A stretch of 63,655 nucleotides of DNA, filler included, from Hyphochytrium catenoides (GCA_900088475.1; 10 parts of 10 records of this genome joined end to end with filler, not necessarily neighbours in it); one strand, 5' to 3'; shown: positions 35,501 to 47,332, counted from the whole stretch's first letter. The notes: a model not told the origin generated them from the letters alone. Translations and numbers: made by a program.

Positions 35501-37690
35501 GGGTTGACGGCGCTGATCAGCTACTTCTCCTTTGACCTCTCGCTCTTCTCATGGCATCCCATTCTTATGAGCCTGAGCTGCCTGGTGCTCACTCTACGGT
35601 ATGGCAGGACCTTTGCCTAATGACTGCCACACTCTCTCTCTCTCCCCCTCTCACTGTGTGTCCTCTCTCTCTGTCTCTCAATGCTGCCTCTCTCTCGCTC
35701 TCTCTCTCTTCGTCTCTCTCTCTCCCTCATATTATCTCTTCTCTGCCGCTTTCCTTCTTCTCGTTTGACTCGCCGCCGCGGTCCTCCTGGGAGCTTTTGG
35801 CTACGGCTGGTCGTGTGTCCGTTGTCGTATCCGTTGGCCTTCTTTCTGATCTCTTCTCTCGTTTGTGCTCCTTGATGGAATAGTGGCACATGCAGTGCAC
35901 CCAAGCCCCACCACTTCCCTGTCTTTTCTCTTCACTCTATCTTCGAAATCCCACAACGCTCCCTTTGTTCACTTCAGACTCCTGATACTCTCTCTCTTTC
36001 TCTCTCTCCCTCGCCGCCTCGATCTTTCTCTTTCCACCTGGCTGCGCATCCTGATAGCGCCATAGTCGAAGTCTATGGTAGGAAGACGTTGACGACCGCC
36101 AACTCCAGGTAAGGGAGCCCGCTAGTGAGTGGGAGAAAGACCGAGAAATACGATGAGAGAAAGAGAGAGAGAGAGAGAGACTAAGGGAGAGAGAGAAAGG
36201 GAGACAAAAAAGGGAGCGAGACAGAGGAAGAGAGAGAGAGAGGGGAAGAGGGAAGAGTGAGAAAGAAAGAGAAGAAAAAGAACAGAGCAGAAATATCTTA
36301 AGAAGTGAGGACAGTGAGAAAAGGACTTGGAGGACCGGAACGTGCCTCCTTTTCGCCTCGATTAGGGCTCCAAACTCATCTGTTGGTCACGTCCGCCCGT
36401 TCCGTCCTCCCCTTGCGTATATTTCTGTCTCTCTATGTCTTTCTCTCTCTGGCTGGGTTTGCTCTCTCTATCTTCCTCGTGCTTGGGCCGCGCCATCTTA
36501 CCTCTCTGCCTATCTCTGTCTCTGTCTGTCTGTCTGTCTCTTTGTCCCATATGCTGTCTCTGCCTTTCTGTCTGTCTGTCTATCTCTCTTTGTCGCCCTA
36601 TGGCTCTAGGGTCCGCGCCTCTCAGCTTCACTTCGTGCTGAACTGTCTGTCTCTGCTCCTGGTGACCGTCGCCTTCCTGGTCATCTACCAGAATAAAGAA
36701 AATCAGGGGAAGAAGCACTTCACCACTTATCACTCTTGGAGCGGGTGCCTTACCTACTTTCTCTTCGCGGGCGCATCACTAGGGGTAAGGAGACAAGACA
36801 GAAGAAAAGAGAGAGAGAAAGGGAGATGATAAGGAAAAGGGAAAGGACCAGGAAAGAGAAACAACGAAGAGAGTCGTCTCAATGGTTTATTTTAGCTCTG
36901 TGGTATACTGTTCTCAGCCAGCAAGCTGCCTCCGCTCGCGACCCTGCTTCTCTCACGTCTCTAACCCTTTCCCTTTGGGTCTAGACCTTCACTTCCTGAG
37001 CAGTTGGTGTAGCCTAGGTTTACTTTTCTATGTACCTTCTTCCTAACGGAGGTGCGGTTTCTCTCTCCTCTCCCCTCTCTTTCACTCTCTTCACACTCTC
37101 TCTGTCTCGTTTGTGCCCTCTTTCCCCTAGGGTCTGGTCAACACGTTTAACAGGAATAAGGGCAAGGTCGTTGCCCGCTGGCAATGGAAAGACGCCTCTC
37201 ATCGACTGAGCGGGCACCTCACCTTTGCCTCCTCAGGTTCCCTACCTCATCGCTCTTCTGAATCTTTCTCTGCCTGTCTCGCCTTTCCCGGATCATGTTC
37301 CGTTCTTGAGATCCTCATAAGACTATCGTTTGGTCTCTCTTCCTCTCCCCCTCGGTGCTCAATATGTCAGACACCTGCCTCTGTCTATCTTCCAAATTGC
37401 GACGACATTTCTCTCCCTTACCATTGTCTTGACCTGCCGCTGGCTCCGACTGTCTCTCTCTTTCCCTCTGTGAGTTTCTTTCTCACTCTTTCTCTGTTAC
37501 TTGTTCTTTTCCTTGATTAAGTGATGGTTTCTTATCCTCCATTGTTGACACCTTTCCTGCAGTACTCACAATGTGCCTGGCTCTGTACGCGGGCTGGGGA
37601 TTCTACCGCCTGGGAGACTATCTGAACTATCTGTCTCTCTTTCTTCTGGCGGTTGTCCAGATACTCGTTCTCATAGAGACCCAGCTGTGA
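35501..37690 (+). CDS. Cytochrome b561 domain protein (CYB561D-like), 5'-truncated
   Basis: Exons 35501-35598, 36058-36108, 36610-36784, 37131-37236 and 37563-37690 are phase-compatible. Four haem-His motifs: LFSWHPILM, SQLHF, HFTTYHSW and HRLSG. Ends in TGA. Confidence 0.85.
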
Positions 37691-38479
37691 AGGGAAGAGC
37701 AGTGACAGATGAAAGAGAGAGGGAGGAGTTGTCAGGTGTCTTTTCTCTCTTCGCTCTCTTCACATCACGTCCCTAATCTCTCTCTCTCTGCAAAGGAAGC
37801 TACAGGCCATTGCTCTTTAAAGCTGTGCACAGCTTTCAAGGGAACAGAAGGAAGGCTTAGATGAAGAGGGAATGAGAGCAAAGGAAAAGAGAGGGAAGCG
37901 GAGAAACTCCAAATTATAGGTACAAATCATAGATTAACGTAGAGATGTCGCTTGGATATGCTAATTAGACTTCTTTCTAAAATGCGGTCGTTCCTCCAAA
38001 GATCTCTTTCTCTCTCGGTCTCTCCCTCTCTCCTTGCACTGTGGTAGTATCGGCTTCTCTCTCACTCTCTCTCTCTCTCCAAGTTCTCCCCTTTGATGGA
38101 GGGGGTCGCCGGTAAGGGTTAGGGCCGAGCGACCTGAGGTGCGCGGAACTATGGAAGGAAGAAAAGAGGAGGACAGTCCTGACATTGTTTAGAAAGTAAT
38201 CGCATGAGACGAACGACAGACCGAGAGCCAGTGCGAAAAGAGAGAAGAGAGAACTAGCTCCCATTCGAAGAGACATCTATAAACCTCTCTGCGCTCTGCC
38301 TCCTTGTTCTTCCTAACAAGAGAGCAAGGAGAGAGAAGACAACGGTGGACAGAGGCTGAAGGCGCATGTAAAGGAATAGTGCCGGTGTATGCATTAGCCT
38401 AGCCTAATCTTTTCGTCAAAGTGTAAAGAAAGAGAACGAGAAGAAAGAAAGAGACGTACAGAGGAGGGAAGAGAGAAAG

Positions 38480-41242
38480 CTACCGCGCGAAGAGATCCTC
38501 CGTGAAGGCCTCATAGTCCTTGTACAGCACTGCTTCTGCTTCCAGGACTCCTTCTCCTCTCTCTTCTCCCATCCCGGTACTCTCTCTACTAAGCCCTCTG
38601 TCTCTCTCTTCGTCCGCTCCCATTTCCTCTTCTGGCTCCACTGTCCTCATTCTTTCCTCCATGTAATCCGCGTAGTCCTGTCTAAATGCTCGACGGATGA
38701 CGGGGAGAGAGATTCTTCCTTTCCCTCCTACTCTCCCTCTCTCAGCTCCTTCTCCTGCCTCTGCCAGCTCCTTGAAGGACTTGAGAACATGCTCTTTCCT
38801 GCTTCCGCTCTGCAGTTGCGCCTCACAGAAGGTGCAGAAGGTTCTCAGACTGATCTCTCCCCTGTTCTCTTCTCTCTCCTGTTCAGTCTCCTTCTTTCTC
38901 TCTTCTCTCTCTAGCTCAGAGAAGATTTCATACTTCTCTTCCTCCTCGAGTGAGAAGCCAACCCCTACGCAGGCTTTGGAAAACTCATCGAAGCCAATGT
39001 ACCCGTTGGCATCCCCGTCAAAGTATTGGAAGATCTCCTTGATCTCTGCATAGAGCTCCACAGAGAGATTTCCGAACTCTTCTTTCTGCATCTCAGACTG
39101 TAGACTTTCCAAAGACTTCTGAAGATTATCGCCATAGGAGTTCCATAGAACCCTGAGACTTTGGATAGTGTCTGCTGTGTAAGGATTGGAGAGAATGTGA
39201 GCGGACTCGAGCTGCTGATTGATGGTCTCAAGAGAGAGAAAGAGCTCTCCTGCTGGTCCAGTCTGCTCTCGAAGTTCTTGCAGGAGAGACACCTTCTCTT
39301 CCTCCTTTCCGGCCTGGTCCCCCTCTTTCTCCTGTCCAGTCTCCTCTGGCGCATCCTCCGTAAAGTCAATAGAAGAGAGAGTCTGGACCCACTGAGACTT
39401 GTTCTGGCTGGCTTGGACGTGCTGAGAACGAAGGGATTGCAGTTCTTTGTACTTCTCTTCCATGCTTTTTCCAGTATTCTCCGTGTCTTTCTCCTCTCCT
39501 GCGCGCTGGAGCTCTCTCATGACCGTCTTGAATGGGTCCACCAAAGAAGCAAACTTCTGGCAGAGCCTGTCTGCTCTCTTTGCTCTCTCCAGCATCTTCT
39601 CCAGATCTTGCCTCCTCTTCTCTCTCCGGCTATTTACCTCCTCAATCCTATCGGTTAAGGTCTTATGATCCATCGTTGGCAGGTCCACTGTTCTGCCAGC
39701 AGCAAGCAGACGCGAGAGTCGTTCTTGAAAGAGAGAAGAGAGAGAGGCGAGCTCCCTTCCTCTCTCTCCGCCAGTCTCATCCTCGAATCTCTTCAGCGCT
39801 GCCTCTATAGATTGTATCTTGTTCTGTTGAACGGGCTCATCAAAATGTTCCTCTATCTCTTCAAGGAGGAATAGAAGAGGAGCAACAGAAGAAGAGATCT
39901 CTTTTTCCATTCTATCCAGCTCCCGGTGTTCTTCAAGCTTTTTCTCGAGGACGACAAGGTAGGGAGGAAGAGAGAGAGAGATTCTCTCCGTCTTCGCCTC
40001 TATTTCTTTCAGCCACTGCCGCAGACGGCTCGTCTCGGAGTGTTCTTCTGGAAGCCCAGCCTCTAGACCTTGGAGAGAGGAAAGAAGGGACATGAAGCGC
40101 GGAAGCTGCTGATCCCTGACATTAACAAAGGCCTCAAGCCTTGCTTCCACTGCCGCAGAGGTCACCAAGTCTTCTCCCTCCGCTTCTATCGCCTGGAGCT
40201 TCTCCTCTGCCCAGCTCTCTACCTTCTTCGCTCCGGAGGAGAATTTTTGGACCTCAAAGTCAAGAAGGAGAAACTTCTCATAGTTCTCTCTGAGTCTCTC
40301 TTGCACTGAAGCCTCTTCTTGCCCGAGTTTGACCCACAGCGAGCGGAGAGAGGCAACAGACGGTGAGAGCTCTCTGTAAGGTCTGTTGTTTGTCATGCAG
40401 CTAGACCGGAGGCGGCTGTTGAGACTTTCCAGGAGCAGCTGCTGCGCTTCTCTCTCCCCTTTCTCTCTCTGCTTATATTCATTGATCTTCTCCTGCAACC
40501 TCTGGATGTCAGCCAAGCTTCGAATGTCTCTTTCCTGAGAGAAGAAGAGAATCTTCTCTTCCAGCCATCTCTCCAGCTCCTTTCCGACTGTCTCATACTC
40601 CGCCTTCCACTCGTCGTGTCTCCTCGTGATGTCAATGGCGTGACAGATAGTCTTCACGGACTTCTCTCTTTTCTGAGAAGAGGCGAAGACCTTAAAAAGC
40701 TGCGTCACGTAGGTGATGATCACCTTCTCGTCCGGCCGCGGGACATTCACAATGTCTTCCACGTCGATCAGCTGCGCCACGCCGAGGTGTTCGTCTGCGA
40801 CCCTGAAAGCTAGAGAGAGATTAGCTTTTTGTGCATCCGCTCTCTCTTCTTCTCCTCCTCCTTGTCCCTCCGTCTCTTTGATGTCTTTCATGTCCAGCAG
40901 GTCCGGGCGGTACCGGTGAAGCAGTGCGCAGAAGGCACGTCCGTCCTTCCAGGACGACGAGAAGTTTTCAATGGGAATCGAAGGATAATCCTTCAGGCTC
41001 CGTCTGCACCAGAGAAGCAGCGCCTCTTTCCCGGAAGAGTTCTCCATTTGAATGTCTCCCACTTCGAAGCGTAAGATCAGCGTCCAGACGAGGCCCAAGA
41101 TAATCTTGGAGTTTCCATCGAGGATGTCTGTTGAGCCGATGTTGACGAGAGAGAGACCTTTCTCTCTCAGATAGTCCATGATAATGTTAAGGTTCTCCAT
41201 CTTCTGGATCCGCATCTTCGGCTTCTTGGTATAGCGCCGAGG
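38480..41242 (-). CDS. Alpha-actinin-like protein (end of CH1, CH2, spectrin-like rod, EF-hand region), 5'-truncated, no introns in the visible part
   Basis: LVNIGSTDILDGNSKIILGLVWTLILRF, KEALLLWC, FSSSWKDGRAFCAL and PDEKVIITY. EF-hand FDGDANGYIGFDEF. C-terminal DYEAF. Confidence 0.93.
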   Translation of the reverse strand, partial: PRRYTKKPKMRIQKMENLNIIMDYLREKGLSLVNIGSTDILDGNSKIILGLVWTLILRFEVGDIQMENSSGKEALLLWCRRSLKDYPSIPIENFSSSWKDGRAFCALLHRYRPDLLDMKDIKETEGQGGGEEERADAQKANLSLAFRVADEHLGVAQLIDVEDIVNVPRPDEKVIITYVTQLFKVFASSQKREKSVKTICHAIDITRRHDEWKAEYETVGKELERWLEEKILFFSQERDIRSLADIQRLQEKINEYKQREKGEREAQQLLLESLNSRLRSSCMTNNRPYRELSPSVASLRSLWVKLGQEEASVQERLRENYEKFLLLDFEVQKFSSGAKKVESWAEEKLQAIEAEGEDLVTSAAVEARLEAFVNVRDQQLPRFMSLLSSLQGLEAGLPEEHSETSRLRQWLKEIEAKTERISLSLPPYLVVLEKKLEEHRELDRMEKEISSSVAPLLFLLEEIEEHFDEPVQQNKIQSIEAALKRFEDETGGERGRELASLSSLFQERLSRLLAAGRTVDLPTMDHKTLTDRIEEVNSRREKRRQDLEKMLERAKRADRLCQKFASLVDPFKTVMRELQRAGEEKDTENTGKSMEEKYKELQSLRSQHVQASQNKSQWVQTLSSIDFTEDAPEETGQEKEGDQAGKEEEKVSLLQELREQTGPAGELFLSLETINQQLESAHILSNPYTADTIQSLRVLWNSYGDNLQKSLESLQSEMQKEEFGNLSVELYAEIKEIFQYFDGDANGYIGFDEFSKACVGVGFSLEEEEKYEIFSELEREERKKETEQEREENRGEISLRTFCTFCEAQLQSGSRKEHVLKSFKELAEAGEGAERGRVGGKGRISLPVIRRAFRQDYADYMEERMRTVEPEEEMGADEERDRGLSRESTGMGEERGEGVLEAEAVLYKDYEAFTEDLFAR

Positions 41243-41342
41243 NNNNNNNNNNNNNNNNNNNNNNNNNNNNNNNNNNNNNNNNNNNNTTAATTAATTAANN
41301 NNNNNNNNNNNNNNNNNNNNNNNNNNNNNNNNNNNNNNNNNN

Positions 41343-41563
41343 GTTTCTATGCCATGCAGCGGTGTCGTGCCGTGGTGAGATATGGCAGAGGCGTCGAGAG
41401 CGCTAAAATTGGGGAGATTATAGGGAGAAACGAGGAGACTACGCTCTGCGGCGCGAGCCTGAGAGCGAGAAGAGAGAGACACGCGAGGGAGAGTGCTCTC
41501 TCTCTCTCTTGGGCCGCTGGTGACTGTGGGAGAGTCTATCTCTTCCCTTAACGGAAGGCTCAT
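41343..41563 (-). CDS. Possible N-terminal fragment of a hypothetical protein running into the linker
   Basis: ATG-initiated, non-repetitive open frame to the contig end. No recognisable motif. Confidence 0.25.
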
Positions 41564-42270
41564 TGTCGCTATCTTCTCTCTATTGGCACTCTCCCGACCC
41601 GTCTCCCTTCTTTTTTCTAGAGCTCTGTCAGCAGATTACTGAGGATGCTAGCTAGCTCTCCCGTCAGAACTCAACCAGAGACTGCTGGCGACACAGCCAG
41701 CGGACTTCTCTGGAGCACCATCCTCAGCCTTATCTTAGCCCGCGCGGTGAGGCGTCACGGCTCCATCTTATCGTCTGTAGGACCCGATAGGCTTGCACTG
41801 AGGCTATAGAGATGGACGTGCGAGCGAGATAAAGCTTCAGAAATGCCCTTCTTTCCTCCTGACAGCCCGAACAGAGACAGAGACAGAATCTGCAGATGAA
41901 GATCCGAAGATCACAGAGCTGTCACTTGCCGTAATGAAAGCCGCTAACGGCCGTACCTCAAAACTAAACACATCACTACTCAAACCCACAGTGGTAATGA
42001 ACAGGCATAATGAGGGTAAGAAAAGAGCTTTGCGTTTGATAGGTGTCTTTTTGTTGTGGGTTTGGGAGGTTGTGGTTGTCTTCAAGGCCGGCGAAGCGCG
42101 CCTCAGAGACAAAAATCTTCAGAAGTCTCCATAACTCTTCGATCTTCAAAGCTCTGAAGACAGGCTCTGCATGCCAAGGCCAAGCCAGTGAATAGCACGG
42201 ACGAAAGAAACGGATTAACGCTGCTGGAGCTCAAGTGGTGTCGTGTGGGAGCCCCATCTCTATAGGCAAC

Positions 42271-43423
42271 ATGGTAAGGGCAGGTGCAGGGAGCTCCAGA
42301 TATACTGCTTTCTCTGATTCTTTGCCTTTCAACGCCAATACCAAGTGTTCTCTCCGTTCCAGCGTCTTTCTCATTGTTATTTCACCGTCTCGTTAACCTG
42401 AGCGGCGAGTCTTCCTGGCTGTCTGTGTGCTAGAGTGACTCACTCCTTGTTTCTGCAGGATCAGAAGCACACCCTAATCTTAGTGCAGTATACGCCGATG
42501 CCAAACAGTCGGACGTACTTTGACTTTGACTCGGTCACTGCGGCCGTTGATGGTTGACAGATCTTCTCTCTCTTCTTCTGTCTCTCTCCCTCTCTCTGTC
42601 GTCTTCCGCATCCATTCGTAGACTCTGTCAACCACTCTCTCTCTCTCTGTTTTGTCCGTCACTGATGTGCCTCTGTCGTCCTCACTCGCTCTCTCCGTTT
42701 TCTCTTTCTCTCTTTCTTGCTCTCTCTCTCTCTCTCTCTTTCTTCTTTCTCTTTCTGACTCGTCATCTCTGGTGTTTGGCTTGGCAGCGGTGATCAAAAT
42801 GTATGAGCAGAAGCTGAAGCAGCTGAACCCGAACATGAGGAATATCACTTACGACGTCGCACAGCTCTTTCAGTACATCGACTCCCTCGGAGACCTTAGC
42901 GCACTAGTGTCAGTCTCTCTCTCTCTTCTCTCTCTCTCCTGTCAGCTCTCGCTCACTGTCTCTCTATTCCTTCTTGTGCGCCTTCCTGACGCATGGTCGG
43001 TCACTCTTTATCTTCTGCTTTTATGGAATCCAGCGCAATAGCTGCAGTCTCTCTCGTGTCTCTCTCTTTCTCTCCTGCATCCTTTCCTTGTGTCCAACAT
43101 GTTTCTCTCTCTTTCTTCCTTCTGCTTCCTTTTCTATCTCTTTCCTCTCGATCACTGGCGTGCTCTCCCCCCTCGCTCTCTGTCTCTCTTGCCCTCTCTC
43201 TTCTCTCTCCAGAGTGCGATCCTTCCACTTATATCACTCTTCCGTGACAGCTCACACTTAGAACGAAGAGGAATCTCCACCTCTCTCTCTCTCTCTCTCT
43301 CTTCCTGACACTTTCTTTCTCTCTCCTTCCAGGTTCAATGCCTCTACCTCATCCTATGATCCCTACGGGAAGGAGTGGATCAAGAAGAAGATCTTCCAAG
43401 TGCTAAAGAACCACGCAGCCTAA
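42271..43423 (+). CDS. ERH: Enhancer of rudimentary homolog, 102 aa, 4 exons
   Basis: Exons 42271-42273 (ATG only), 42459-42552, 42788-42908 and 43333-43423 total 309 nt. Protein reads HTLILVQY..SRTYFDF..YEQKLKQLNP..ITYDV..YIDSLGDLSALV..YDPYGKEWIK. Confidence 0.95.
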
Positions 43424-43462
43424 GGGAACCAAACAAAAGGATAGAAAAGGAAGAAAGAAGAC

Positions 43463-43497
<35 letters not shown>

Positions 43498-43702
43498 AGG
43501 AAAAGGAGAGATTGGCACAAAAGCAGTGACCACACAGCGAAAGAGAGAGACACTGTGACCAAAAGCAGCAGCTTGAAAGAGGAAGAGGTCTCCACTTGCG
43601 GTGGATTCTTTTCGTATTTAGCCTTTTCGGAATCGGAGAGAGAGAGAGAGAACAGGAAGAGAAAGGCATATCTCTCTCTCTCCTCTTTCATCTCTCTGTC
43701 AA

Positions 43703-45278
43703 TCAACCCCTTCTCTCTTCCTGTGTCTTGCTCTCCTTCATCTTCTTCGTGTCAATGGGGAGTAACTCTGGTGGAGGCCCGACAGAAGAGAGAGACTGAG
43801 CCTTGGGAGAGAGAACTCTAGGAGAGAGACGTCCGCCAGAAGAGAGACCTTTAGGAGAGAGAAGAGTTTTTGGAGAGAGAGTCCGGGGAGAGTTCTGCAG
43901 TGTGGGGATGCTCTGGTGATGGTAGTGTTGCGGCTGGTGATGTCCTTGGAACATGTGGGAAGAGAGATGAAGCGCCTTGGCAAACGCGGAAAGAATACCT
44001 TCAAACTCAGGCTATAGAGAGAGAGAGAGAGAGTAAGAGAGAGAGAGTGGACTCGGGCAAGGGAGAGAGAGACCGCTGGAATTTTGAGGTATGAGAACCC
44101 AGAAAAATGGAGTTCAAAGAATACGATGAAGCACAGGGAGAGAGAGAGAGAGGGCGGGGGGCAATAAGGGTCGCAAAGAAGACTGCCTTCCAGCGTTGCT
44201 TGGTCTCTCTTCTCTCCCTGCCCCACTCTCTCTCTCTCTCTCTCTTTACTCCCTCCCTCACCTCAGAGAGAGAGACATCGTCTCGGAATGCTCCTGCAAG
44301 AGTTGCGTCCGACGCTTGAAAGGCTTCTTCATTCTTTGCAGTGATCCAGCCGCCAACCTCCAAAGCCGCAGCGTACATCCCGCCGTCTAAACTAGGGACC
44401 TGCGCCAGACAGGGAGAAGGAGAGAAACAGAGGGAGAGAGAGAGAGAGAGGACGTTTGTGTGTGGAATTTGGGAAGGGAGAGAGAGACTTATCGGTATGG
44501 AAAGAGAGGAGGGAGAAAGAGAGAGAGGCCAAGATACCTGCGGATGCCTGGGGAAGACAAAGATTCTCCCTGTTCTCTTGCTGATGATGAGGTTGTGCGG
44601 TATCTCTCTCTCTATCAAAAGACTGACAAAGTCTCCGGTCACGGACGCGAGAGAAGAGATGTCTCTCTCTGTGCTCTCTCCTTTTCCTTTCCTCGCCAGA
44701 ATCTGAAAGACAACGCACCGAACGGGCCAGTCTAGAACCTGAAAAATGCCAATCTCCTGCTCAAGACAGACAAGAGAGAGAGAGAAAGCGAGACAGAAGA
44801 GAGAGAGAGAAAGAGAGACAGAAACGAGAAGAGAAAGAAAGGCAAGAAGAGCCGCCGAACGTAAGAAAGAGTCAGGAGAGACCCAGGCACAAAGAGCAAA
44901 ACCTTGATCAGTTCCATAACACGAGAGACGTCAGAGAGAGAGAGAGAGAGAGAAGTAAAAGGGGAGAGAAAACTAAAAGAGAGAGAGAAAGCTAAGAGAG
45001 AAGAAACAGCAAAGACAAAGGCGAAAACTATGGGCAGCCAATAGAAGCCAACAGCCAAAACGATCTGAGGCAAGAAATGGAGGAACACTGAAAGGACATT
45101 AATTTAAGAGAGAGAGAGAGAGAAAGAGGAAAGAGATGATCCATACCTGGCTCCCTCTCTCTCCATCCTTAAAAGTGGCAATCTGCTCGAGTGGCTTCTG
45201 TTCGACAGGGAGAGAGGCGGAGGGAGTGAGCTCCTGCAGGTAGAAGCCCTGGAAGTGAAGATGATTCACAGTTGACCA
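43703..45278 (-). CDS. GDP-L-galactose/GDP-D-glucose phosphorylase (VTC2/GDPGP1 family), C-terminal half
   Basis: Exons 45278-45147, 44756-44538, 44399-44262 and 44011-43703. Motifs TVNHLHFQ, DWPVRCVVF, IPHNLII, IFVFPR, AALEVGG and VSLSEPEF. Confidence 0.85.
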
Positions 45279-45378
45279 NNNNNNNNNNNNNNNNNNNNNN
45301 NNNNNNNNNNNNNNNNNNNNNNTTAATTAATTAANNNNNNNNNNNNNNNNNNNNNNNNNNNNNNNNNNNNNNNNNNNN

Positions 45379-46910
45379 AGGACTCTCTGCTCTTCGACTG
45401 TACTGGGAGTCCGCAGAATGCCTGAGGGAAACAGGGCGTTGCGAGAACGGCGAGAGGAGAGAAAGAAAGAGAGAGATAGAGAGAAGATATATATATGTTT
45501 ATAGAGAGAGAGAGAGAAGAGAAGAGAGAAAGAGAAAAGAGGAAGGTGGAGAGAGTTAGAGAGGGTTAGTGAAAGGATGCACTGGGAACAGATGAAGAGA
45601 GAAGACAAAGAGGGCAGAAATATCCTGGCTAGGATGACAGTGCTTACGGAAAGAGAGAAGAAAGAAAGAAAAAGAGACAGAGAGAGAGAGGGAGAGAGAG
45701 AAAAAGAGAGAGAAGCGTAGTCTCAGTAAGAGGAGACGTACTTCCACTTCCCCTAGGGCTGTCAGTGGATCCTTTCCTGGCAATGAGCGTGGGACGGAAG
45801 GTGCAGATTTCCTTCTGATATTCTTTCTCAAATTCTTCCTTGAGTTTCTAGAGAAGAGAGAGAGAGAGGGAGGCAGCGAGAAGGAGAGAGAGGGTGAGAG
45901 ATAATGCTTTTGAGATGTGAGAAAGAAGTAGAAAGAGGGAAAGGAAAGGGCAAGAAGCCAAGAGAGAGAGAACTGCGAAAGAGAGAAAGACTAGTGAAAC
46001 AGTCAAGCTTGCACACGCCAGATGAAGAGGAGAAACGATATCTGTCAGTGGTGCATGTCTCTTTCATTTCCTTCTTCTCTCTCGTTACCTGTCTCCTTTC
46101 CTGCCTTGCTCTTCTATCCTGCGCATCATCATACAGCGCCCCAAAGCGTCCCTGCGGTCTGGGAGCCTGGGCAGGAGTGGGAGAAGCGGGGCTCGTCTCT
46201 CCTTCTACGCTTTTGGCTCTCTCCCTCCCTCTCTCCATGGGGTTACTATAACGCCGTCTGGAGGCTCTCTTTCCTCTCCCTCTCCCTCCTCCGTCTTCCG
46301 TAGCAGAATGGCGCTTACTCTCCGCAATGTGAAGAGAGAAATCAACCTTTTCAGGAAGAGTCTCTCCTTGATCTCCTCTCTCTTCAGTCTCTCTTCCCTC
46401 CGCGGATCTGGGGGAAGGAAGAGAAGAGAAGACATGAAGTACGGCCTTCTCATCTTCTCCTGTCTCCTTAACAGGAAGAGTAACTTCAAACGCCAGGGAG
46501 AGAGAAGGCTCTCTCTCTTTGTCTGTCTCTCCTCCTTCTCCATCTCTGGTCTTCTCTTTAGAGAAAGGTTCTGAGACAGGAGGGAAAGACTTGGGAGGAG
46601 AGAAAGTAAAAGTAGGAGGATCCTGGGGAGGAGGGAGAGGAGAGCCTGTCTGCTCTTGAGAACTGTTCGCTCTTCTTCTTGGGATCTTGGATGAGAGAGC
46701 AGGAGAAGGTTGGGGCGAAGAGAGAAAAGAGGATGGAGGAACCGGGAGAGAGCTCTCCAAGTTCATTGAAAAAGAAGGAACCCGAGACTCCTCGCTCTTC
46801 TTCGACTTCATTGGAGAAGGGGAAGCTGTAGACGGAGAGAGAAGGGGAGAAAAAGAGAGAGAGAGAGACAATAAGAGAGAGAGAAAGAGAGAGAGAGAGA
46901 GTGAGAGAGA

Positions 46911-46946
<36 letters not shown>

Positions 46947-47332
46947 CGATAGAAAGGGACAACAGAAGGGAAGAACAAAAAGAAGAAACAAAGAATTAGA
47001 AAGAGGTCAAAGAGAAAGAAAAAAAGAGAGAGAGACAGAATGAGAGACCACCGCTGAAAGAGCGAGAACCAGGAAAGCGACCACAGAAAAAAGGAAACTG
47101 AGATTGAGCGGCGACAACAGAGGGCCAGCGAGACTGGGAAGGAAAGAACTGAGAAGAGAAGAGGAAGACAGTGGGAGAAAGGATTCTTACCTAGAGAGGA
47201 CTCGGAGCCTCTTTTCAGACAAAGAGAGGGGATTCGAGAGGGAAGAGAAGAGGGAGGAGGCACTTGCTCGCTCTCCTCCGGGAGTTGAAGGCCTTCCTTC
47301 CCTGTCTCCTGCTCAGGAGCTTCCGCTTCCAT
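45379..47332 (-). CDS. Hypothetical low-complexity/coiled-coil protein with F..LY.DA..R / CTFxP repeat unit, 3'-truncated
   Basis: Phase-compatible exons 47332-47191, 46825-46089, 45847-45742 and 45421-45379. Contains FGALYDDAQDRR..EICTFRP. Confidence 0.6.

Noticed and set aside
35501-45278. Ascorbate gene cluster (cytochrome b561 near the VTC2-like gene)
   Set aside because: The genes lie on different contigs separated by an artificial linker.
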